Translations under genes and position numbers: made by a program
DNA from: Thermostichus sp. DRC_bins_24
Lineage (GTDB): Bacteria; Cyanobacteriota; Cyanobacteriia; Thermostichales; Thermostichaceae
Direction of reading: 5' to 3'
Assembly (NCBI GenBank): GCA_039794845.1
Contig: JAUQVK010000098.1
Coordinates: forward strand, 8,576-31,516
Length of the DNA: 22,941 bases
In this document: positions 1 through 9,295 of the stretch, piece after piece
Layout of the letters: every line of letters begins with the position of its first letter
Numbering within the stretch: position 1 is the stretch's first letter
Notes under the pieces: generated by a model
The model's database searches: none
What the model saw: the letters and a program-made list of their open reading frames with translations, nothing else
Told to the model about the DNA's origin: nothing

Positions 1-482
1 GTGTCTATCTGACCCGGCTGCCAAGGAAGCCAATCTTCATTCAAAGCCTGATCCAGGTCAAACTCCGGCTGACGGGGCAGTAAGTTTGCCAGCTCTGGTG
101 CAGCTTTGGTCAAGTTTCTTCTTGCTTTCTCACAGCACATGATGAAGTTCTCTTTGAGAAAGTTGTTGAGGCTAGGGCTATCTTTCAGGATCAGGTCGAT
201 CTCTAACCGAAAGTTGTTGATTTCTAAAATCCAAACCCGATAAGAGTGCTCTCGTTCAGATTGCCAGTATTGGAGCTTCAGCAGATGCTCGATAAGGCGT
301 ATCAGATAACTGGAAATGGCTCGCCTATCGCTTTTGCCCAAGCCTTCAATTTCCTCAATCAAATGATTCAGATCTAGGCTCTCAAAGTTTCGATCTTTAA
401 GACAGCTGGCGGTTTTCTCCAGCCAGTCTTGATAATCTGTGTCGTAGAGAAGAAGCAAGTTCAAGGGTGTTTGGGCACTCAT
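1..482 (-). CDS. DUF29 family protein, 3' end runs off the window
   Basis: Absent from the ORF track. Manual translation from ATG at 482 gives MSAQTPLNLLLLYDTDYQDWLEKTASCLKDRNFESLDLNHLIEEIEGLGKSDRRAISSYLIRLIEHLLKLQYWQSERE...DSPSL...LNEDWLP, open to base 1. It carries the DUF29 motifs LYDxDY..W, D..HLIEEIE.LG.S, HLLK.QY and SPSL. Confidence 0.9.
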   Translation of the reverse strand, partial: MSAQTPLNLLLLYDTDYQDWLEKTASCLKDRNFESLDLNHLIEEIEGLGKSDRRAISSYLIRLIEHLLKLQYWQSEREHSYRVWILEINNFRLEIDLILKDSPSLNNFLKENFIMCCEKARRNLTKAAPELANLLPRQPEFDLDQALNEDWLPWQPGQID

Positions 483-520
483 CACCGGATCCCTACTCAA
501 CTCATCTTCAGCCAGATCGG

Positions 521-2227
521 CTACATCAACGGGCTGGGTTCTACCTGTAGGCCCAACTGCAGAATAGCCTCTGCCAAGGCCACCTCACGGCTATCCACAA
601 AATGTTCCGCCGGCATGGGCAGTTGCAAGTTTTCCAGTCGCTGCCGGATCCGCCCCTTGGCCCCGACGATCCACACCTGCTTGCGTTGATCCAGAGCATC
701 GCGGATGGCATTCTCCAAAGACAGTGTTGCCGAAACTCCCAGCATCGGCACATCCGACAAATCCAGCACCAGGGCTTGACAGGAGGCCACCGCCTGATGT
801 TGACGGGAAATCGCCTGCGACACCCCGAAGATCATCGGCCCACTCAAGTAAAACAGCAGCACCTGTCCTCGTCCCTGCCGCAGCAGTTCTTTTTCCCGAG
901 GGGTGAGATCCACGGCATCATCGGCATCGGTAATGGCCTTCACCTCCTCGGAGTGGATCTCGCTCAGGCGTTGAATGGTGAGCAAATTGGCCACAAACAC
1001 CCCCACCCCTACGGCGGCGATCAAGTCCACAAACACCGTCATGAACATCACACCGTACATGATTGCCGCCCCCTTGAGGGAGAGCCGATGCGCCCGCTTT
1101 AGGAAACTCCAATCGAGAATATCCACCCCCACTTTCAGGGCAATCCCCGCCAACACTGCCATCGGGATCCCTTGGGTGAGGGGAGCGGCAAACAACACCA
1201 CCATCAACAGGATCCCGGCCCGTGTCATGCCCGCCAAAGGGGTACGCCCACCGGATTGGATGTTCACCACCGTGCCCATCGTCGCCCCAGCCCCCGGTAA
1301 CCCTCCCATCAGACCGGAGACGATGTTGGCGATCCCCTGCCCGATCAGCTCTTGATCCGAGTTGTGGCGGGTGCGGGTCAGGTTATCGGCGATCACCGCT
1401 GTCAACAGGGTATCGATACAGCCCAACATCCCCAGCACTACCCCATCCAGCACCAAGCTGGCCAAAGAAGAAAAGGGCAATCGTGGCAGTTGCAACTGCG
1501 GCAGACTGGTGGGAATCGGGCCGATCCGCCGCAAATCCAGATCGGTCATGAACAGGCTGGCCACCAGCGTACCCACCAACAGAGCCACCAACTGCGGAGG
1601 CACCACCCGTCGCCAAGGCTTGGGATAGAAGAAGAGGATCCCGATGGTCAGCAGCCCCAACCCCAGCTCTGGCCCCCTGAGGTTGAGCAGATACTCCGGC
1701 AGGTTTTGCACCGCCCCCATCACCCCGCCCCGACTGGCATGGCCCAAAATCGGCGGGATCTGCAACAAAATCATGATCCAGCCGATCCCCGACATAAAGC
1801 CAGAGATGACGCTGTAGGGCATGAGGGTGATGTATTTGCCCAGCTTCAGGGCTCCAAAGAGCAGCTGAAACAGCCCCCCCAGCATCACCACCGTGAAGGC
1901 TGGCCCCAACCCCTGCTCCGGGTAGCGGGTGGTAACATTGGCGATCACCGCCGTCATCATCACTGTCATCGGCCCGGTGGGTTCCGAAATCAGGGTGGGG
2001 GTGCCGCCAAACAGGGCCGCAAAAAAGCCCACACACACTGCCCCGTATAAGCCCGCCACCGGCCCCGCCCCAGAGGCCACCCCAAAAGCCAGTGCCATCG
2101 GCAACGACACAATGGCGGTGGTCAGCCCACCAAAGAGATCTCCACGCCAGTTGTGCAAACTCAGATGCCGAGGCCAGTACAGCCTTTTTCCCGCAACAAA
2201 ACCCAGCCCCTTCCCTTGGCTCAACAT
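521..2227 (-). CDS. bicA: SulP/SLC26-family anion transporter, BicA-type Na+-dependent bicarbonate transporter with C-terminal STAS domain
   Basis: 568 aa with RGDLFGGLTTAIVSLPMALAFGVASG, ISEPTGPMTV, GAGATMGTVVNIQSGG and a STAS-like tail (LSGPMIFG...LDLSDVP). These match cyanobacterial BicA-like proteins. Substrate is inferred. Confidence 0.8.
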   Translation of the reverse strand: MLSQGKGLGFVAGKRLYWPRHLSLHNWRGDLFGGLTTAIVSLPMALAFGVASGAGPVAGLYGAVCVGFFAALFGGTPTLISEPTGPMTVMMTAVIANVTTRYPEQGLGPAFTVVMLGGLFQLLFGALKLGKYITLMPYSVISGFMSGIGWIMILLQIPPILGHASRGGVMGAVQNLPEYLLNLRGPELGLGLLTIGILFFYPKPWRRVVPPQLVALLVGTLVASLFMTDLDLRRIGPIPTSLPQLQLPRLPFSSLASLVLDGVVLGMLGCIDTLLTAVIADNLTRTRHNSDQELIGQGIANIVSGLMGGLPGAGATMGTVVNIQSGGRTPLAGMTRAGILLMVVLFAAPLTQGIPMAVLAGIALKVGVDILDWSFLKRAHRLSLKGAAIMYGVMFMTVFVDLIAAVGVGVFVANLLTIQRLSEIHSEEVKAITDADDAVDLTPREKELLRQGRGQVLLFYLSGPMIFGVSQAISRQHQAVASCQALVLDLSDVPMLGVSATLSLENAIRDALDQRKQVWIVGAKGRIRQRLENLQLPMPAEHFVDSREVALAEAILQLGLQVEPSPLM

Positions 2228-2261
2228 GTCCAGCCACCCGACAAGCCTAAAAGCAGACTAT

Positions 2262-2310
2262 CATTGAACCTTATCGAAACATTAAGTTTTTGCAGTAGAT
2301 TTTTCTCTAT
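2262..2310 (-). promoter_or_regulatory. Candidate CcmR/NdhR (LysR-type) operator upstream of bicA
   Basis: The minus strand reads ATAG-agaaaaat-CTAC (2310-2295), one mismatch from the ATAG-N8-CTAT CcmR/NdhR motif. It is followed by TTAATG (2285-2280) and TCAATG (2267-2262) in an AT-rich spacer. Confidence 0.5.
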
Positions 2311-2351
2311 GATTTCCCTCAGGGATCCCCCCGATACTCAGGGCATTGAGC

Positions 2352-3269
2352 TTAAACCGGCAGAGTGGTGTGGAAGTGGGAGTAATCCACGTAGCGATTT
2401 CCCTGACTGTCGAGGTGCAGGATATCGGCGAAGCGATGGCCCCAGCAGATTTCGTCCGCCAGGTAGGAATGTCGAGCATGGATGGTTTGGGAGAAGGTGT
2501 CGTCGATGCCCGTCAGGGTGATGATCAGCTCCGCCTGCCCCGCCTGTAAATCTTGCGGGGTCAGGCTGTAAAGGGGGCTATCCGGCTCGATCCGGTGCAT
2601 CACCGTCCAGGTAACGGCAAAAATGGGAGACGTGGATCGCACCAGTCGTAGGTCGTAGAGCCGCCGCATCCACTCCCCTTCCACGGAGATTTGGTCGCAG
2701 GCCAGGGTGACGCGAATTTGGGCCTCGACAATTTGATTGAAGCGTTGGTTGGCAACGCGAAACATCAGGGTGGGGTGGCCATCTTGGGTATGAACAACCG
2801 CCCTCCGGCTAAACATGACCCGAGCCGTGGGCCGAGAAATACGGGCAAACACCAAGCCGGTGGCCACGGCGGTTCCTGCCACCCCCAACATTGCTTCTAG
2901 GGTGACCAGGAGATTGGCGTAGAGGCTAAGGGGATACATGGCGCCATAACCAATGCTGGCCATGGTCTGTACACTGAAAAAGAACGCATCTCCAAAGTGG
3001 TTGGGGCGGGCATTGGCAATATTGTGGGTGCCCATCAAGTAGAGCAACGCGAAGCCGACATTGGCCAAGATATACCCCCCGGCCAATACCGCCAAGAATC
3101 CCGGCCAGGACAGGGTTAACAACAGGTGGTAGAGATCTCGCAACCCCTGGGAAGGGATCCCGCGGCGTACCCAAGAACGGGGGCCACCCGGTTGTCCCAT
3201 GCGAATTGAGTTGGCAACTCCCACTCGGGATCCCTGAGAGACCCTGGATGGAGACCGTTGATCACCCAC
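2352..3269 (-). CDS. Inward-rectifier potassium channel (KirBac family)
   Basis: Slide helix/TM1 DLYHLLLTLSW, pore FFFSVQTMASIGYG, ARISRPTARVMFS, PTLMFRVANQR, WTVMHRIEPDSPL and GIDDTFSQTIHARHSY. Start placed at GTG 3269, which has an AGGAGG Shine-Dalgarno just upstream; the ORF-track start at 3359 is probably too far upstream. Confidence 0.92.
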   Translation of the reverse strand: MGDQRSPSRVSQGSRVGVANSIRMGQPGGPRSWVRRGIPSQGLRDLYHLLLTLSWPGFLAVLAGGYILANVGFALLYLMGTHNIANARPNHFGDAFFFSVQTMASIGYGAMYPLSLYANLLVTLEAMLGVAGTAVATGLVFARISRPTARVMFSRRAVVHTQDGHPTLMFRVANQRFNQIVEAQIRVTLACDQISVEGEWMRRLYDLRLVRSTSPIFAVTWTVMHRIEPDSPLYSLTPQDLQAGQAELIITLTGIDDTFSQTIHARHSYLADEICWGHRFADILHLDSQGNRYVDYSHFHTTLPV

Positions 3270-3464
3270 GCTTGACCTCCTGCCAGGAGCAACACCGCTC
3301 CCCCGCAAGCAGGCGAGCGTACGCCCTCCCAAAAGGCGAATGGTAGACTGAGAGTACAAAAAACACTCTACTCATTCACCCCCAGTTTGCCCACGGCCAG
3401 GGTTTGTTTCCACCTTGAACTTGTGCCAAAGCCAACCGGGATCCCCAACCTGTACCCCAACCCC

Positions 3465-6032
3465 ATGAGCGATAACGAATCGACGGCTCGCATCATCTCC
3501 ACCGACTTGCAACGGGAGATGTCTCAGTCCTACCTGGAATACGCCATGAGCGTGATTGTCGGGCGGGCGCTTCCCGATGCCAGAGATGGCCTCAAGCCGG
3601 TGCATCGCCGCATTCTCTACGCCATGCACGAGTTGGGCCTGGGTGCGGATCGCCCCTACCGCAAGTGTGCCCGTGTCGTCGGGGATGTAATCGGGAAATA
3701 TCATCCCCATGGGGATCAGGCGGTCTATGACGCGCTGGTGCGCATGGCCCAGGATTTCTCCATGCGGGAGCGTCTGGTGGATGGGCATGGCAACTTTGGC
3801 TCCGTGGATAACGACCCGCCGGCGGCGATGCGCTACACCGAGTGCCGCCTGACCGCCTTTGCCCAAACCAGCCTGCTGCAGGATATTGATGCCAATACCG
3901 TCGATTTTGGTGACAACTACGACGGATCCCAGCAGGAGCCGCTGGTGTTGCCGGCGCGGATCCCGCAGTTGCTCCTGAATGGATCCTCAGGTATTGCCGT
4001 GGGCATGGCCACCAACATCCCCCCCCACAACTTGGGGGAACTGGTGGATGGTCTCATTGCCCTGATCCAAAACCCCAATTTAACGAGCCTGGAGCTGATG
4101 CAGTGGATCCCGGCCCCCGATTTCCCCACGGGGGGGCTGATCATGGACCAAAGTGGCATCCGCGAAGCCTATACCACCGGGCGTGGCTCCGTCACCATGC
4201 GGGGGGTGGCCACCATCGAAACCCTGGAGCAACGGGGTCGTCCGACACGGGATGCAATCATCATCACCGAGCTGCCCTACCAAACCAACAAGGCAGCCAT
4301 GATCGAAAAGATCGCCGAGATGGTCAACGAAAAGCGCCTGGAAGGCATTGCCGATATCCGCGATGAAAGCGACCGCGATGGCATGCGGGTGGTGATCGAG
4401 CTGAAGCGGGATGCCCAAGCCCAGGTGGTGCTCAACAACCTCTACAAGCAAACCCCCCTACAGGCCAACTTCGGGGTGAATATGCTGGCCATCCTCAACG
4501 GTGAGCCCCGCACCCTCACCCTGCGGGATGCTCTGCAGGCTTTCTTGGATTTCCGGGAAGCCGTGATCGAGCGGCGCACTCGTTACGAGCTACAAAAAGC
4601 TGAAGATCGGGATCACCTGTTGCAGGGGTATCTCTTGGCTTTGGGGCATTTGGATCGGGTGATCGCCCTGATTCGGGAAGCCGCCGATACCGCGACCGCC
4701 CGAACAGAGTTGCAGGCAGTATTTGGCCTCAGCGAAGCGCAAGCAGACGGGATCCTGCAAATGCAGTTGCGCCGCTTAACCGCTCTGGAATCGGAGAAAA
4801 TTCAAGCGGAACACGAGGAGTTGGTCAGGCAGATTGCCGACCTGCGGGATATTCTCGCCCGCCGGGAACGGGTGATGCAGATCATCAGTGAGGAGTTGGA
4901 GCAGATCAAAGCCCGCTTTGCCAGCCCCCGCCGCTCCCAGATTTGTTTGGAGGATTGCGAGCTAGAAACTGCCGATCTGATCGAGAACCGAGAGACGGTT
5001 ATCTTCTTGACGGAGCAGGGCTACATCAAGCGCATGGGCATCGAGGAGTTTCAGGTGCAGGGGCGGGCCACCCGTGGCAAAGCCGGTGCCCGGATCAAGG
5101 AGGACGATGCCATCGAGCAGTTTTTTGCCTGCCGCAGCCACGACACCATCCTTTTTTTCACCGACCGTGGCCTGGTCTATACGCTGCGGGGCTATCAGAT
5201 CCCTCAGGGTAGTCGTACCGCTCGCGGCAGCGCCATTGTGCAGCTGTTGCCCATCACCCGTGAAGAACGGATTACTTCAATGGTACCGGTGAGCGAGTTT
5301 ACCGACGATGAGTATTTGGTGATGCTCACCCGCGGCGGCTACATCAAGAAAACCGCCCTCAGCGCCTTTGCCAATGTCCGTTCCAATGGGTTAATCGCCA
5401 TTTCTTTGGAAGAAGAGGACGAGTTGCGCTGGGTACGGCGGGCCCGCTCCAGCGATGATGTGGTCATGGCGACCCGGCAGGGGATGTCGATCCGCTTCCG
5501 AGCTGATGATGAGCAACTGCGCCCTCTAGGACGGGCCACCCGCGGCGTGCGGGCCATTACCCTCAACCCCGGCGACGACATTGTCAGTATGGACATCATC
5601 TTTGCCGAGTCGGTGATGGCTGCCGAACAGGAGGGGGAAGGGCTGGCCAACCCTTGGGTGTTGGTGATTACCAAAGCGGGACGGGGCAAACGCTCGGCCA
5701 TCGACAATTTCCGCCAGCAAAACCGCGGAGGCAAAGGGGTGATCGCCACCAAGTTCCGCCAGGATTCGGATGAGCTGGCTTGCTTGCGCATCATCAATGC
5801 TGAAGATGAAATCATGTTGGTCACTGCCCGAGGGATCGTCATGCGGCAATCCGCCAAGGCCATTCCCACCCAGTCACGGGAAGCCACAGGGGTCTTGGTG
5901 CAGCGGTTGGATGCGGAAGACAGCATTGTCGGCGTGACGGTGGTACCCGCTTCCTTTATTAAGGATCCCGAAGCGGAAGAAAAACCTGAAGCGCCCACGA
6001 AGGGGACATCTGGAGCATCTGAAGAAAGCTGA
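3465..6032 (+). CDS. gyrA: DNA gyrase subunit A
   Basis: [41 protein letters not shown], catalytic [21 protein letters not shown] and C-terminal beta-pinwheel repeats. Start placed at ATG 3465 (MSDNEST). Confidence 0.95.
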   Translation: MSDNESTARIISTDLQREMSQSYLEYAMSVIVGRALPDARDGLKPVHRRILYAMHELGLGADRPYRKCARVVGDVIGKYHPHGDQAVYDALVRMAQDFSMRERLVDGHGNFGSVDNDPPAAMRYTECRLTAFAQTSLLQDIDANTVDFGDNYDGSQQEPLVLPARIPQLLLNGSSGIAVGMATNIPPHNLGELVDGLIALIQNPNLTSLELMQWIPAPDFPTGGLIMDQSGIREAYTTGRGSVTMRGVATIETLEQRGRPTRDAIIITELPYQTNKAAMIEKIAEMVNEKRLEGIADIRDESDRDGMRVVIELKRDAQAQVVLNNLYKQTPLQANFGVNMLAILNGEPRTLTLRDALQAFLDFREAVIERRTRYELQKAEDRDHLLQGYLLALGHLDRVIALIREAADTATARTELQAVFGLSEAQADGILQMQLRRLTALESEKIQAEHEELVRQIADLRDILARRERVMQIISEELEQIKARFASPRRSQICLEDCELETADLIENRETVIFLTEQGYIKRMGIEEFQVQGRATRGKAGARIKEDDAIEQFFACRSHDTILFFTDRGLVYTLRGYQIPQGSRTARGSAIVQLLPITREERITSMVPVSEFTDDEYLVMLTRGGYIKKTALSAFANVRSNGLIAISLEEEDELRWVRRARSSDDVVMATRQGMSIRFRADDEQLRPLGRATRGVRAITLNPGDDIVSMDIIFAESVMAAEQEGEGLANPWVLVITKAGRGKRSAIDNFRQQNRGGKGVIATKFRQDSDELACLRIINAEDEIMLVTARGIVMRQSAKAIPTQSREATGVLVQRLDAEDSIVGVTVVPASFIKDPEAEEKPEAPTKGTSGASEES

Positions 6033-6102
6033 AATTGTCTCCTTCAACACCTATACTGAGACAAGCGCCACTTAAGGGTCCCCCTGTTGTGAATGGCAAT
6101 TG

Positions 6103-7038
6103 ATGGCCGATTTAACCCGTTCTCACCCTCCGACCCCCTCCGACCCAGAGGCGACGGCCCTATTCCCCAAGGGATCCGAAGCCCGCTCGGTGGATCATAT
6201 TGCCGATTTGTGGACGCGCTACCGTGCCGGGGGGCGAGATTTCCGGGGCAGCCAGCTGGCGCAGGTGGATCTCAGCCACGCAGATTTGGGGGGTATCGAT
6301 CTCAGCCGCTCCGATCTCAGCCGCGCCCAATTGCGCGAGATCGACTTGATGGAAGCAAGCTTACGCGGTGCCGATTTGCGTGAGGCGGATTTACAGCGGG
6401 CTAGCTTGGCGGGCACCGATTTCAGCCGCGTCAATCTGGAGAAGGCCAATTTAACGGCTGCCGTTCTCACCGGGGCCAATCTGTCGGGGAGCTGGCTGGA
6501 AGGGGCCAGATTGCTCCATGCCTACGTGATCGGGGCCAACCTCTGTGAAGCTTTCATGTGGAAAACCGACCTGAGGGAAGCCAATCTGAGTGGTGCCGAT
6601 CTCAGTCGGGCCGCCCTGCGGGGGGCCATTCTTACAGGGGCCAATTTAAGTTTGGCCAATCTGGCCAGCGCTAACCTGACCCAGGCGGAGTTGAGCCGGA
6701 CTCTACTGGCCAATGCCTGCCTCTACGGCACCATCCTGATGGGCTGTAATCTACAGGGATCCCATCTCAGCGGGGCGAATCTGCAGTTGGCACTTTTGTC
6801 TGGGGCCAATCTGCAGCAGGCCAATTTGCGGGCGGCTTGCTTGGCGGGGGCGAGTGTGCGCGGTACGACCTTCCAGGAGGCGGATCTGCGGGGGGCGGTG
6901 GTGCAGGTGCGCAATCTGGGGCAGGCCCATTTGGAAGGAGCGATTTACAGCAATCAAACCCTGCTGCCCCAGGACTTTGATCCGATAGGGGCGGGTATGG
7001 TGTGTCTGGAGAATGGGTCAGAGCCACGGGCGACCTGA
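6103..7038 (+). CDS. Pentapeptide-repeat protein
   Basis: Long run of A(D/N)Lxx repeats after RYRAGGRDF, ending in GAIYSNQTLLPQDFDPIGAGMV, a typical cyanobacterial cap. Confidence 0.93.
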   Translation: MADLTRSHPPTPSDPEATALFPKGSEARSVDHIADLWTRYRAGGRDFRGSQLAQVDLSHADLGGIDLSRSDLSRAQLREIDLMEASLRGADLREADLQRASLAGTDFSRVNLEKANLTAAVLTGANLSGSWLEGARLLHAYVIGANLCEAFMWKTDLREANLSGADLSRAALRGAILTGANLSLANLASANLTQAELSRTLLANACLYGTILMGCNLQGSHLSGANLQLALLSGANLQQANLRAACLAGASVRGTTFQEADLRGAVVQVRNLGQAHLEGAIYSNQTLLPQDFDPIGAGMVCLENGSEPRAT

Positions 7039-7111
7039 GCCTCACCCGAGAAGAAGCCCCTCACCGGGCTGGGTAGGTGCGGCATTTGCTTCCCCTAAGG
7101 GGTGGGATCCC

Positions 7112-7385
7112 GTACCGAGGGGGCGGGAGCTGGGGTGTTAGTTTTGACTTAACCAAAAATTACAGCCCTTACGCGGGTCTTCCAGGACAGGGCTTGTGCT
7201 TCCTGCTCCCGCTTTCGCGGGGCCCGGAGGGCTAGCCCTCCAGAGGTTAGAACTCAACTTCCATAGTTGTTACACATGACTCGCGGTGCCCTATGGGCCG
7301 CCATGGGGAACGCGCCAGCGTGCCCTAGGCGTAAAGGGCTGTAAGGACTTGAACGAGTCTGCACCCGTCAGCTCGGCAAGTACCC
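7112..7385 (+). ncRNA. ssrS: Probable 6S RNA (SsrS/SsaA) with an enlarged apical domain
   Basis: Nested long-range pairing: GAGCTG(7127-32)/CAGCTC(7369-74), GGGTG(7133-37)/CACCC(7362-66) and GACTT(7146-50)/GAGTC(7355-59). A central bubble has an A-rich 5' side (AACCAAAAA, 7151-59) and GGACTTGAAC on the 3' side (7345-54), resembling the CCUUGAAC of E. coli 6S. An internal stem follows: TTACAGCCCTTACGC(7160-74)/GCGTAAAGGGCTGTAA(7329-44). Ends are approximate. Confidence 0.72.
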
Positions 7386-7437
7386 AAAAACTGGTTACAT
7401 CTACTGTAGTTATGTAGTTATGGAGCTTGTTTACTCC

Positions 7438-7818
7438 ATGTCGAGCCCAATCAATTTCATCCCTGGTTTTGAGGGGGTTCACTCTCCCAGTCCCGACAAT
7501 CGGCTTTGGCAATACCTGCAAGCTCAGGATCCCGATATTTTTCAGGATATTGCCCGCAACTCCTCCCCAGAAGTGTTGGAGATCTTGGGTCACAACATTC
7601 GCAGCTTGGTGGGGGGGTTGCCTCCGGAACAATTTGGGGTTCAGGTGATTACCAATCGGGAGAGCTTGGCCAAAATGCTCTCGGGCGCGATGATGGGCGG
7701 CTATTTTCTGCGGGTGATGGAGCAGCGTCTGGCACTGGAACAGGCCTTGGGCCAGCAGCCGACTCCTGCAGCCCCATTGCAAGACCGGCAAGAGGGCGAA
7801 TCCCAGAATCCCTCTTGA
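7438..7818 (+). CDS. DUF760 domain protein
   Basis: NRLWQYLQ...SPEVLEILGHNIRSLVGGLPPEQFGVQVITNRESLAKMLSGAMMGGYFLRVMEQRLALE is the DUF760 pattern. An alternative start lies at ATG 7420. Confidence 0.88.
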   Translation: MSSPINFIPGFEGVHSPSPDNRLWQYLQAQDPDIFQDIARNSSPEVLEILGHNIRSLVGGLPPEQFGVQVITNRESLAKMLSGAMMGGYFLRVMEQRLALEQALGQQPTPAAPLQDRQEGESQNPS

Positions 7819-7899
7819 ACGCTCCCGGGATCCCCTGCTGGCGGTTTTTGTTGGCTCCGCTAAGATCTAGCGGATCCCCGTCGGAGGGTATAGCCCACA

Positions 7900-9285
7900 A
7901 TGGTCGGAGCCTTTGGGCTGGATCAAGCCCGTCTGGATCTTCTTAGGCGCAGGCGGCAAGGTTTGGGGGAAAGGCTGTCTGCCCCTGTTTTGCTGTGGTC
8001 GGGAGGGCGCAGCCCGCGGAACTTTCCCCACAATCTCTATCCCTATCGCGCCAGCAGCCATTTCCTCTACTTCGCGGGGATCCCCATCGAGCAGGCTGTG
8101 ATCCGTCTGGAATCGGGTCGGCTGGAGCTGTTTATGGCGGATCCCTCCCCTACAGATGCCCTTTGGCATGGGCCAAGCCCAACCCGAGAACAGTGGGCAA
8201 CCCAAATTGGAGCGGAGGCAGCCTATCCTTTATCTGAGCTGGGATCCCACGCTGCCGATGCCCTTACTGTTGGTGTCCAAGATGCCGCCACCCGGATCCA
8301 GCAGTCCCGTCTCTTAAACCGAGAGGTCCCACCCACCCCCGCCCTGCACCCCCTGGATGAACCGTTGGCCCAAGCCCTGGTGGATCTGCGCCTAACCCAC
8401 GATGCCTTTGCCTTGCAGGAAATGCGACAGGCCGCCGCCGTGACGGTGGCAGCTCACAAAGCCGGTATGGCCGCTAGTCTGCAGGCGAAAGGGGAGGCAC
8501 AGGTTCGCGCCGCTATGGAACAGGTGATCTGCGCCCAACAGATGAGCCCGGCCTATTCCAGCATCGTGACGGTGCACGGAGACGTTTTGCACAACGAGGC
8601 CCATCATCACCCCCTGCAACCTGGGGATCTGCTCTTGGCGGATGTAGGGGCAGAAAGCCCCCTCGGCTGGGCTGCCGATGTCACCCGCACTTGGCCGGTC
8701 TCTGGGCATTTTTCCTCCACCCAACGGGATCTCTACGAAGTGGTGCGGCAAGCCCATGATGCCTGTATTGCCAAGGCAGCACCGGGGGTGGAATACCGGG
8801 ATCTACACCTGTTGGCGGCCACGGTTATCGCGGCTGGGCTGGTGGAGCTGGGGATTTTGCGCGGGGATCCCGACACCTTGGTGGCTAGAGATGCCCACGC
8901 CCTCTTTTTTCCCCACGGGGTAGGGCATTTGTTGGGGTTGGATGTCCACGATATGGAAGACTTGGGGGATCGGGCCGGCTATGCACCCGGGCGACGGCGC
9001 AGCGAACGGTTTGGCCTGGGCTACCTGCGGCTGGATCGGCCTTTGCAGGCGGGTATGGTGGTGACGATCGAGCCAGGGTTTTATCAGGTGCCTACGATCT
9101 TGCAGGATCCGGAGCGCCGACAGCGCTATGCCGATTGTGTGCATTGGGAGCGGTTGGCCCAGTTTGCCGATGTGCGTGGCATTCGCATTGAAGACGATGT
9201 GCTGATCACCCCGACAGGGTGCGAGGTGTTAACGGCGGCATTACCCACCCACCCCGAGGCGATTGAAGCGTGGGTTTGGGGTTGA
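7900..9285 (+). CDS. pepP: Xaa-Pro aminopeptidase (M24B, aminopeptidase P family)
   Basis: YRASSHFLYFAG N-domain and metal-ligand motifs LLADVG, ADVTRTWP, PHGVGHLLGLDVHD, VTIEPGFY and GIRIEDDVL. Confidence 0.9.
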   Translation: MVGAFGLDQARLDLLRRRRQGLGERLSAPVLLWSGGRSPRNFPHNLYPYRASSHFLYFAGIPIEQAVIRLESGRLELFMADPSPTDALWHGPSPTREQWATQIGAEAAYPLSELGSHAADALTVGVQDAATRIQQSRLLNREVPPTPALHPLDEPLAQALVDLRLTHDAFALQEMRQAAAVTVAAHKAGMAASLQAKGEAQVRAAMEQVICAQQMSPAYSSIVTVHGDVLHNEAHHHPLQPGDLLLADVGAESPLGWAADVTRTWPVSGHFSSTQRDLYEVVRQAHDACIAKAAPGVEYRDLHLLAATVIAAGLVELGILRGDPDTLVARDAHALFFPHGVGHLLGLDVHDMEDLGDRAGYAPGRRRSERFGLGYLRLDRPLQAGMVVTIEPGFYQVPTILQDPERRQRYADCVHWERLAQFADVRGIRIEDDVLITPTGCEVLTAALPTHPEAIEAWVWG

Positions 9286-9295
9286 GAGGGCGTGA

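Noticed and set aside
602..2267. Multiple long alternative-frame ORFs over bicA, and likewise over gyrA, pepP, glycerate kinase, gatA and the BMP gene
   Set aside because: These are expected shadow ORFs in GC-rich coding DNA and show no family motifs.
3465..6032. Intein or parC assignment for the topoisomerase gene
   Set aside because: Length and continuity around AAMRYTE show no intein, and a full CTD with GyrA-box-like motifs favours gyrA.
7160..7344. MITE interpretation of the 15-bp inverted repeat with TA-like ends
   Set aside because: Pairing continues outside the repeat (GACTT/GAGTC, GGGTG/CACCC, GAGCTG/CAGCTC) around a 6S-like bubble, so an RNA helix fits better. It is not excluded without a copy-number search.
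7291..7791. 166-aa minus-strand ORF
   Set aside because: It is the antisense shadow of the DUF760 gene and the ncRNA, with no recognisable motifs.
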